Assembly (NCBI GenBank): GCA_900088475.1
Contig: FLMG01002478.1
Coordinates: 1 to 39,198, forward strand
From: Hyphochytrium catenoides
Taxonomy: Eukaryota > Protista > Hyphochytriomycota
Direction: 5' to 3'
Length of the DNA stretch: 39,198 nucleotides
Part shown: positions 21,667 to 31,257 of the stretch, in pieces
How positions within the stretch are numbered: the first letter of the stretch is position 1
Layout of the letters: every line of letters starts with the position of its first letter
Position numbers and translations under genes: made by a program
The notes under the pieces: model-generated
What the model saw: only the letters and a program-made list of their open reading frames with translations
The model's database searches: none
What the model was told of the DNA's origin: nothing

Positions 21667-24600
21667 ATGAAAGAAGAAAGGCTTTCAGGAGCCTCGGTCC
21701 CTGTGTCTAGCGAAGAAGTTCAGAGCGCCATCAGAACTTCCATCTGCAAAGCTGAACGCAGAAGACCAGCACGGTCTCGCACAGAAGAGACGGTGCAACA
21801 AGAGGGACTCCAGTACAGAAGAGTCCGAACGCACGCCAGCACTAGCTTGCGGTGCCGCAGAACCACGAAGTCCAAGGTGTACCGTTTAGAGCCGGCCCGT
21901 TCAACGTCCCGACAGCGGTCTCTCACGTAGGCGAATGGCAGGCACAGAGGAGCCCTAGGAAGGAACACTCTAGCGCAGTAAGCCGAAGTGCAGATTGTGT
22001 GGAAAATATGATGAGGTTACGGCGAGCACAGCCATTGCACATCCCATTGCTAGGCTGTTGGTTGTAGCATTTCCTTCCTTTTCATCGATACGTTGGGGAT
22101 GTTCCATCAAGCCAAAAGGTCACGTCCGTTATCAGAGTGGTGGTGGTCCACACTCGATATCTTGATAACATCTTTTTGCATATTTAGCTGGTAGGAGTAG
22201 TCTAGACCTTGCACGTTCTGCATAGCAATGGGATGTGCAAGTGCCGCGCTTGCCGCGCACTAATCTGTAATCTCACTTCACATTGTCCAGACAATCTGCA
22301 CTTCGGCTTACTGCGCTAGAATGCTCTTTCTTCTTAGGCTTCCTCTGTGTCTACCAGTAGCCTACGCAGAGAGACAAGTGTCAGGAAGTTATTCCGGCAG
22401 GCGCTAAGCGCTACGTATGCAGAACATGCAAGGTCTAGACTATTCCTATCAGCTAAATATGCAAAGAGTATCATCACCTGATAACAGACGTGACCTTTGG
22501 CATGATGGGAACATTCCCAAGGTATCGACGCAAAGAAGGAAATACATGCTCCCCTGCTCAAGCGCTTACCGTTGGAGAAAGCCGACAGGAGAGAGCATAG
22601 GGACAGACTGAATGCTATGTACTCAAGTCCAGGAGGCGGACAAGGCTCCAATAAACAAACGCGACCCCCGGTGGGCAGATCCAAGCGGACACCGTCTGGC
22701 AGCAGGAAGAGGGCACTACACCTGCTGGTCCCAAGAATTCCCCGACCAAAAAGAGAGGAGAGTTCCAGGGGCGTTGCTATAACAGTAGCAGCCCGGTCAC
22801 AGAGCGAGAGATTGCAAGGCGCCTCCCAGTGGTGACAAAAGGAGGAAGAAGCCGCACGCCAACAGCGCTGCGGAGGTGGGTGGTGAAGAAGAACATCTGG
22901 CTTTCACCACCAAGACCGTTGCTAGTCAGGACCAGACCTCACACTGGATCATCGACAGTGGTGCCTCCTGCCACGTGTGCTGGGGTAAGGATTGGTTGAC
23001 TTCGTACAAGGGTATCAACCAGACGGTCCGGGTAGCAGACGAGCGGGAGGTGGCCGCATTGGGGATTGGCACTGTCACTCTCGTGCTCCGTGAGAAGGGC
23101 AGGAACCAGCAGATGGAGCTTCGTAAGGTCTTGTTGCCTGAGCTCAAGAAGAACTTGTTCGGCGTCTGCCGCAACAGCCAGCAGCGGCATGAACTTCGAC
23201 CTCTCCTCTAACAGCTTCATTGTCCGGAAGAAGGAGGGCAAGAAGAAGGCCATGGAGACTGTGATGGGCAAGCGCCATGGTAATCTCTATTATCTCGAGT
23301 GCAAGCCTGACATTCAGCCATGGCGATAATAGAGATTACTATGGCAGATTGCACGGGAAAGCGGGTCTGCAGATGTGACTCGGTGGCATGAGAAAATGGG
23401 ACATCTGTGTCTGAGATACTTGAAGCAGCTCCCAACGCTGGTAGACGGTATCAGGAATATCGGGAATGCCAAGCGCATGTTATGTGAATGATGGTTGCGC
23501 ACTTGCCAAGTCGAGTCTGATAGGCAGTCATCTCAGACAGGTCACACAAGGTGTGACGAGGTACTGGGCATTGTGCATGCTGATCTTGTTGGGCCGTTTG
23601 AGACGCCATCGGCCGCGGGAGAGTGCTACTGTGTCCTCTACAGTGATGATGTGAGGCCTCAGCGAGCACTGGAGTGGGCTTCTTGCGCACAAAGGATGAA
23701 GCATTCCCAGACTTCAAGTCTAGCATTGAGCTGCAGACTGGCAAGAAGATCAAGAGTTTTGAAGACTGACGGAGGAGGAGAATTTACTTCCAAGTTCAAG
23801 GAGTTTCTTGCCAAGCATGGCATTCAACACCAGGTCACGGCTCTGTACTCTCCACCGCAGAATGGACTTGCAGAGCGAAAGAACCGGGTCATTGTGGAGC
23901 CCGCCAGAGCGTTACTGCTACATGCTGGCCTTGGAGCCTTGTGGGTGGAGAGCAGTAAGAGCTGCCGTCTACTTGAGAGGAAATCGGACCCCTACTGCCG
24001 TCGTGAAGCAGAGGTGACACCCATTGAGTTTCTGACCGGGAAGAAGCCAAAACTCTGTCATTTACGTACCTTTGGCTGTGAAGCGCTTGTGCACATTCCC
24101 GACGAGAAAAGGAAAGGCAAGCTTGGCCCCAGACTGTGCCAATGGTACTGTTAGGCCATTATACCGCCTCTAAGGCTTATTGTCGTCTAGCGGATCCTGC
24201 TTCAGGTTACCGGAAGACAGTGATCTCCAGCAATGTACGTTCCAATGAGGATGGCGTCCTTGTAAATCACAGGCTCGTCGCCGTCAATTATGTCGCTTAT
24301 AGAGAACAAGACTTGTGAGCTGGCGCAGCTGCCCAAAGGTAGAAAAAGTATCACTTGGAAGTGGCTTTTCAGGGTAAAGAGAAACAAGCATGGTAACCTT
24401 CAACGGTACAAGGCCAGGCTGGTAGCTAGAGGATTCACGCAACGTGTGGGAGCTGATTATGAAGAAAGCTTCAGCCCAGTGGTCAAGTTTGCAACGATTT
24501 GGCTAGTGCTCGCTCTGGCAACTAAAAGCAGATGAAGATGTTCAAGATGGATGTCAAGACTGCCTTTCTGAATGGAGGTGCTAGAAAAGGAGCTTTACAT

Positions 24601-25243
24601 GAGGCAGCTGGTGGTCTACGTGGAGCTGGGAGGAGAGGAAGATCTAATCTGGTATGCGGATCTCTGCCTCTAGAAAAAGGAAGGAGAAGACAGTACCATT
24701 GACACACTCTTGGGGCCGAGCTTACCTTTCCTTTTCTCGTCGGGAATGTGCACAAGCGCTTCACAGCCAAAGGTACGTAAATGACACAGATTTGGCTTCT
24801 TCCCGGTCAGAAACTCAATGGGTGTCACCTCTGCTTCACGACGGCAGTAGGGGTCCGATTTCTTCTCAAGTAGACGGCAGCTCTTACTGCTCTCCACCCA
24901 CGAGGCTCCAAGGCCAGCATGTAGCAGTAACGCTCTGGCGGGCTCCACAATGACCCGGTTCTTTCGCTCTGCAAGTCCATTCTGCGGTGTAGAGTACAGA
25001 GCCGTGACCTGGAGCTGAATGCCATGCTTGGCAAGGAAATCCTTGAACTTGTTGGTAGTAAACTCTACGCCTCCGTCACATTAGTTCTCAAAGATCTTGA
25101 TCTTCTTGCCGGTCTGCAGCTCAATGCAATGCTGGACTTGAAGGTTTTGAAGTCTGGGAATGCTTCATCCCTTTGTGCGCAAGGAAGGCCAAAGGCCTAC
25201 CCCGACGATCGCTGAAGAGGCCTCATCGCTGTGAGGAGTAGCA
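21667..25243 (+). mobile_element. Decayed, rearranged Ty1/copia LTR-retrotransposon internal region (gag-PR-IN-partial RT); no LTRs recognised
   Basis: Frameshifted fragments in copia order: degenerate Zn knuckle GRCYN..PGHRARDC (~22770-22817); protease WIIDSGASCHVC; GAG-pre-integrase WHEKMGHL; integrase VHADLVGP, LKTDGGGEF, PPQNGLAERKNR, HLRTFGC; RT start [17 protein letters not shown]...[23 protein letters not shown]. The RT YVDD motif and RNase H are missing. The 5' boundary is approximate. Confidence 0.9.
24690..25243 (-). repeat. Inverted duplicate of the copia integrase segment 23625-24151
   Basis: The reverse complement encodes nearly the same text as the forward copy (EPARALLLHAGLGA.WVESSKSCRLLE.KSDPYCRREAEVTPIEFLTGKKP.LCHLRTFGCEALVHIPDEKRKGKLGP), including the same frameshifts. 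Confidence 0.92.
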
Positions 25244-25806
25244 GATGTTGCAGGACTGGACCTGGGTCACTTTTTTGCAATAAGGATGGTCAGCCAGAGG
25301 CCGTTGAACGGCTCTATTAATAGCTCAAACTAGCAGATGAGCTGTGTCGTTGAAAGGGTTTCCTACCGACGATGATGTCTCAAGGAGTTGACCAAAACTC
25401 CTGGTGAGAAGGTTTGCTGCTTCTTGCTGCTCGGCCAAGGATTCTTTTTGCATCACAGTGTTCTAATAAACAGCATGACGAATCCTCGCCAGTTGGCCGC
25501 CTCTCGTGCCCGTCACGCCAGGACGTATGCTTGGATCCGACGGTAACAAGAAGAAAATGAGTCTTCTTCCATCTTCGTTGGCTCCTCCTTCTTCCTGCGC
25601 TGCCATCAGGCGCAGCGAGTTTCATCAAGAAGCAGAGGGAAGGCACAATGAGAACAGAACCAGCTACATTCTGCCTCCATAATCCAGGAACAGCTTTAGC
25701 TGAAGAGAGGTTGACTTGCTACTTCGAGTCTACTGACATAGTAGTACAAGAGAAATAGGCTTTTCTAGGAGCTGAGGAAAAATACTCCGCTCTTCTGGCA
25801 ACAGCA

Positions 25807-27505
25807 ATGAAGTTGACGACGGCGGTGCTGATCGGTCTCCTGGCCTTCGTAGCTTACAGGCTGGTAAGCGGTTGATGAAGTTCTTCCTCTATTCATCATC
25901 ACTGTTTGGCTGTTCTCCTGGCTGTGCTAACAGTATCGTCCGAACGGCAGGTGGAAGTGAACAACCTGCTGAAGCCCTTAGACTTCACCGAAAGCTCTAG
26001 GACCTGCGAGAAGATTGGCAGTGGCCAGTTTAGGGTGGGAAGATGGCTGACACTGGACCTCCTGACCCCTGTTAACTCCTTTTGCCTCTTTCCTTTTTAT
26101 ACTGGATTCCAGCACTATGCATGTTAATCCTTCGGTTGTCTTGGCTCATCTCACCGCACCTTTTGCACTTTCCATAGTGCTCTTCCTTCCTTTAGACCTA
26201 GCGTCAGCCTCCTTTCCACTCTAGCCGTCCATTAATCCTCGATCGTTGTCAGTGATGGTGGATCTACCACGTGATTTGACTAGGACACGTGCTGACAGTC
26301 TTCTTCTTATCCTATCGATAGGGATCGGAAGATGTCACAATCGATCGTTCGACCGGAATCGCACTAGTCAGCAGCTTAGACTTCATAGAGTGCGTCTTCC
26401 ATGGCAAAGAGAATATTGGGAGAATATATGCCTACAGTCTCCTATCCAAGGAGAGCACCCAGAGCACGAAGAAGCTTGCATCTTTGCCTATCAAGAACGC
26501 TCCGAAGGATTATACATTAGATCCGCATGGTATAGCAATGCATGTGGACGGGAAACGAAGACTTCTTTTCATGGTCAATCATAGGAAAGCTGGTGACACG
26601 GTAGATGTATGTGAGCTAAGGTTGAGGCATGAAGGCGCAGACCCTATTGCTGCAGACTCTTATGAGCTTCATTATCTCGAGTCCTTCCGCAACAGCAACA
26701 TGGTAAGGGTACTTCTTTCCACTCCTTTTCCTTAGGCTGGGACTCTGCAATATTAGTTGACACTTTCTATCGCCCAGCTCTATGGCTTCCCATAGTCCGT
26801 CTTCGTTTTGCTCTACATCTCTAGTCTTCTGGCCCAATTCCTTTCTCAGCCATGTCCAGGACCTGCTAATACGTCCCTTCAACTTCTCCAATGATGTTGC
26901 AGTTATCTCTCAACGATGTGACACCTGTGGGACCTCGAAGCTTTTTCGTGACCAACGACCACAATCGCAATGCTCTTTTGAAGCTCTTGCCTCCTTTGGA
27001 GCTCCTCCTGGATTTGCTTGGCGTCCCCATCTCCTCTGTAGACCTTGTTCTAGATGGAGAGGACCAGGGCCTCGTCCTTCAAGGCCTTAGGTACGCGAAT
27101 GGACTCTACTTTGACCAAGGGCACCGTCTACTGTATGTAGCCGAGACCATAGGGAAATCTCTCAGAGTATATGACGTCTCCAAGGACTACAAGACGTATG
27201 AGGAGGTGCAGACCGTGTACATGGACTGGCTCCCTGACAACCTTGAGGAGGGAGAAGAGGGCGATCTCTGGGTAGCTAGCCATCCCAAACCGGGCCTGTT
27301 CCTTGCTCACATGGCAAAAAGAAGCATCAGAAGCCCGTCACAGGCCTTCCGTATCGTAAGAGACAGAAAGACGGGGCGTATCGTGAAGCTTGTGAATGAA
27401 TATCTGGCAGATGGCGCAGAGATGTCAGGCTCGTCTTCGGCAACGCACTATCAAGGTCACCTGCTGCTGACCTCTGTAGGGGAGCACTTTCTCCACTGTA
27501 CGTAG
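25807..27505 (+). CDS. Paraoxonase/arylesterase (PON-like six-bladed beta-propeller lactonase) with N-terminal signal/anchor
   Basis: Exons 25807-25863, 25951-26034, 26322-26702 and 26903-27505 are in phase. Motifs: MKLTTAVLIGLLAFVAYRL, GSED, DPHGI, LFMVNH, LNDVTPVGPRSFFVTNDH, YANGL, LYVAET, PDNL, LWVASHP, SPSQ. Confidence 0.9.
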
Positions 27506-27737
27506 AGGATGACAGATGGACGTCGTGTGTTAGTCCTGCCACTTTGTTAGTGAGATAAAAGAGCTAATAGTTCTCTTCAGCGATAATATACGGCCCCTTA
27601 CTGCTACGACAACGTCACACCAAGTAGATGCCTTAGCTTCGTCTCTTCCTCCCATGCTCGCGGCGATGGCCAATTATTTCCAAACATTCGGCGGTACCGG
27701 TGGTCAAACTATAAGGCTAAAATTGACAAATCATTGG

Positions 27738-28145
27738 CTACTTCTTTTCTGGATACGGCACCTTGAAGATAATGAGCAACGGTAAGATCGCTGTTGAGAC
27801 CGGAGGGTGACAGAGAGCTAAGATCAGCATCGTACCTTCGTTTGTCCATAATCAATCTTCGAGCCAAGAGCTAGGAACGCATCTTGAAGTTCCCTGCAGT
27901 ACTGATGGTGGTTTACGCCATGCTTTCTATAGCACTCTCTAAGCTCTGTCTGTGAATGGGGCACCATCAGTCGTGCCTCGAGCTCGATCTCTTGCATGTG
28001 TCAATATTCATATAAATACCTTCAGTGTCTTGGCCTCCACCATACTGAGCAGATGGTACCGTGTATTGTCTTCATTTGCCCTGAAGTATTCTACTGGGTC
28101 TGCAAACTTGGGCAGCTCCACACCTGTTACCGTGGTCTTGGCCAT
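27738..28145 (-). CDS. NDUFB10: NADH:ubiquinone oxidoreductase (complex I) accessory subunit NDUFB10/PDSW, 87 aa
   Basis: Exons 28145-28020, 27949-27836 and 27761-27738 splice in phase 0: MAKTTVTGVELPKFADPVEYFRANEDNTRYHLLSMVEAKTLKTELRECYRKHGVNHHQYCRELQDAFLALGSKIDYGQTKVPYPEKK. The signature CYRxxGVNHxQxCR is present. Confidence 0.85.
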
Positions 28146-28279
28146 CCTGAAAAGCTCGAGACACGGATTGCTATCCAATGGATCCTCAAAGGTCTATTAC
28201 TCAGGCTGCTGCACCTCGGTATCAAGGTCTCGAGCTGAGGCCTCTCCATACACGTCTGCAGATTTCTCCATCGTATTTT

Positions 28280-28299
28280 NNNNNNNNNNNNNNNNNNNN
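28280..28299. other. Assembly gap (N run)
   Basis: 20 N bases. Confidence 1.
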
Positions 28300-28532
28300 T
28301 TGAAATTTTATCTAAGGGCTAAGTACTACTAAAGAGCTGTTTTCCAAACCTTCAGTGAAACTAACAAGGTTTCTGAACACTGGTAACCTGGTTGGTTCTC
28401 ATCTCAGCAGAGCTCTGTGTGGAGCTTTGGTTTGCTGCAGACTAAGACTATCGGTCAAAGGTCAACTAGGAAGAGCCCGTTTGCAGACGTTGATCAAAGT
28501 TCAGAGACGCTAGACGACAGATTCAGTTGACC

Positions 28533-29216
28533 ATGAGCAGGAAACGACCTCGAGCTGAAGGCAGAGGTGAAGGGGACGACCAGGAGGACAGGCAGAAGGC
28601 GTATGAGTTATGGAAAAGAGAGAGATCACAAGGTTTATTGGCCGGTATGCTGAGTAGTGAGAGGGAAGTCGTCGAGGCAGAATTTATAGACGATGACCAT
28701 GACGAGGATGGGCATGAGTCCACTAGCGAGGATGAGAAGTCGAGGGTCGTTCAGTTGGATGACTTCTTCTCTTCACTTCAGCCTGTTTCAGCAGTTGCCC
28801 CGGTTTCAGAGACAGAGTCCAGCGAAAGTTCAGAGTCTGAGGAAGGCTCTGAGACTTGCAGTGACATAGAGAGTCATTCTGACCATCTGGGACCGCCTAT
28901 CGCTGCTCCTACTGAACCTAGCACCGCAGAAAACGGCAGCATAGAGTATACAGTGGCTGAGGCTACCCTATTAGCTGGTGAAACGTCCTCTAGTGCACTG
29001 ATAGGCACTCTGGACGGAAAGCAGCCAGCAGAGGACCCCTTTGCTCGAAGTCGGCGCTTGATAGCGGCATCAATGGGGGACGGCCCTGCTGGTGATAGCT
29101 CTCAATCCAGCGATGAAAGCGGTAGCAGTAGCGAGGACGAAGATTCTGGAGACAAGCTGCAAGAGATCCGCCACTTTCTGGTCGACGTTAAGCGTGATTT
29201 TGCAGCGGGCGGCTAA
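28533..29216 (+). CDS. Hypothetical acidic, Ser/Glu/Asp-rich protein with N-terminal NLS-like RKRPR
   Basis: 227-aa ORF from ATG 28533, divergent from NDUFB10; mostly low-complexity acidic sequence. Confidence 0.6.
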   Translation: MSRKRPRAEGRGEGDDQEDRQKAYELWKRERSQGLLAGMLSSEREVVEAEFIDDDHDEDGHESTSEDEKSRVVQLDDFFSSLQPVSAVAPVSETESSESSESEEGSETCSDIESHSDHLGPPIAAPTEPSTAENGSIEYTVAEATLLAGETSSSALIGTLDGKQPAEDPFARSRRLIAASMGDGPAGDSSQSSDESGSSSEDEDSGDKLQEIRHFLVDVKRDFAAGG

Positions 29217-29492
29217 GAGGGCGGCTGTGGTACGGAATCAAAAGAGTGACGTTGCGTACCGGGAGCCGGAGAGAGAAGAGAAAGGCGAAGGGCTCCAATG
29301 GGTAGCCGAGTCAGATTGCTGAGGGACCAAACTGAGTTCTCCCGAGCCATCTGACGCAAGGACAGATATAAGGGTTGCAAGCTTTGTTGCCTTCTAGCCG
29401 TCCAGTCTTGCTTTTCGCGGGCGGTATGATAATTGGCCGTCCCGTTATGAGGCACCAGGGCCGAGATGGCAAATAGAAAAGCGCGTGGTGCC

Positions 29493-30542
29493 TTACTCGG
29501 TGCGCCTTCTCTTGAAGACATAGAGTTCCTCAAAGCACTCGGAGAATGGATTCAGTGCGATGATATCCTCACAATGCCAGTCTCTCTCTAGTAAATCAAA
29601 GAACTCTGCATTGGCGTTGCATCCTCCCCGTCCTTCTCCCACATACAGCACGTACTCTCCTTTATAGAGCTTCAAGCACTGGACAGCCATCTCACTGTAA
29701 GGAGGAGGATAACAGAGAAAGAGAGTTCTCGTGGAATGCTCTAACAGCTTTCTATGGTCTCCTCGCTGCACGTTCCCCACAAGAGAGAGAGAGACACCAC
29801 CAGGAAGGGCTTCAAAGTTATCATAAGCGAGGATATCAACTCCACGCAATCGCAGTTGGCTCTCCCATTGGCCCCTTCCTGCTCCGATTTCAATGATGGG
29901 GCTATATTTAGCGATGACATGAAGAGCTTCCTCAGTCCAACGCGCACAGCCGTACTGGTCTACGTATCTGTCGCGCTCATCAGGGTTATCGATGCGGTAA
30001 AGGATGCGGTTTGTCTCCTTGCGCATGGTCTCTTTCAGCTCTGCCATTTGCTTGTGGAAGCGCTGGACAGCTGCAGGATTGTGCTTGCCTCCCACTCTAT
30101 CAAGATGTTCTCGGTATTCTTGGATCTGGCGCTTCTTCGACTCCATGTATCGCTGCAGATCTCTATCAGCTAGCTTTCTGCGCTCAATACCAACCTTCAG
30201 GTGCGGGTTATTATCGAGAGGGCATCCTTCTTGAAGGCGCTTTTGAAGCTCTTTCCTCTCTTCTCTCGCCATGGCGGGGAAGACAATCACGGTCAATGTC
30301 AAACCCACGCCCACTGCTAAGGAACCCATAGCCAGCGCTGCCACCTTAAGCCCTTTTCTCCATGATGATTGGACAGACGAAGTGGATCTTCCATGATCAG
30401 GCTTACTTGCGTTGCCTCTTGCCACCGATCTCATCTGGTTTTGACATAATATTCTTGCCAGCCCTAAAAAGGGCAGTCGGCTGCGCGTCGATGAAGAGAG
30501 CCCAGGGTAGAAGCGCACTTCCCTGCCACCTTTTCGCATCAT
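29493..30542 (-). CDS. Class I SAM-dependent methyltransferase-like protein with N-terminal hydrophobic segment; intronless
   Basis: Motif I IIEIGAGRGQW, then ILAYD, LFLCYPPP and VLYVGEGRGGCNA. TM-like stretch VAALAMGSLAVGVGLTLTVIVFPAM. Arg-rich N-terminus. Confidence 0.8.
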   Translation of the reverse strand: MMRKGGREVRFYPGLSSSTRSRLPFLGLARILCQNQMRSVARGNASKPDHGRSTSSVQSSWRKGLKVAALAMGSLAVGVGLTLTVIVFPAMAREERKELQKRLQEGCPLDNNPHLKVGIERRKLADRDLQRYMESKKRQIQEYREHLDRVGGKHNPAAVQRFHKQMAELKETMRKETNRILYRIDNPDERDRYVDQYGCARWTEEALHVIAKYSPIIEIGAGRGQWESQLRLRGVDILAYDNFEALPGGVSLSLVGNVQRGDHRKLLEHSTRTLFLCYPPPYSEMAVQCLKLYKGEYVLYVGEGRGGCNANAEFFDLLERDWHCEDIIALNPFSECFEELYVFKRRRTE

Positions 30543-31257
30543 AGCTGGACGTCTATACTCCGCCTTTCTCTATCCAGTGTACCCTTGACGTCTGCAAGCA
30601 GATTATCGAGGAACCCACGATGGGCAAATGTGATCTTCAAAAAGGCGGTGACAGCAATGAAAAATATTCAACATCTTCATGCCAATGGCTAAGTACTGGC
30701 ACCATTGTTTCCTTCCGTATGAAAGGAATAAATCCCTCTCTGGTATTGACAATAGCGTCTGTGAAAGATACGTTTGTTGCATTAAAATCCATTTCACGGA
30801 GGTGATGAGTGATGGAGGGAAGAGTTTTGCCGCGAATCTGAGGCTTTCAGACGCAGACAAAGGAGACGCTGCAGCTTGAGTTAACGGAGATCCTGCTGGG
30901 CTTGCTGGTTAGCGTCATAGCCGTGCCTCCTGCTTGGGGTAGTGAGAGCTCTTCTCCTTTTCTTCAGTCTGCCTGCGTTATAGCTGGCTTGTAGACTCTA
31001 TTTTCCTGCTACAGAGGCTTCTGCGGTGTACCTCGTATATGTTACGAGACAGGTCCATCCTTTTGTAAGTTCCCCAATCTTAGCCATGCGGTGAACAATT
31101 GGACCCGAAGCAGGTTCCGAAGGGGAGCAAGTCAAAGGAGCCGCTCTTACCGCCTGAAGGCTCATCCTCAGACCTAAAAACGCTGCCTTGGCTGTGGGCT
31201 TCACAGGAACGGAGGGAGGATAGGTTCTGCGAGAGCTTTGCCATAACATGATAAGCC

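Noticed and set aside
28020-28145. DPVEYFRANEDNTRYHLLS resembles a hAT transposase dimerisation domain
   Set aside because: It splices in phase to CYRKHGVNHHQYC, which identifies NDUFB10.
30540-31165. Possible four-exon 56-aa minus-strand ORF divergent from EED (MSLQAIGELTKGWTCLVTYTRRYCQYQRGIYSFHTEGNNDVKGTLDRERRSIDVQL)
   Set aside because: Phases are compatible, but the splice sites are weak, several alternatives exist and no motif was recognised. It could be the 5' UTR of the methyltransferase gene.
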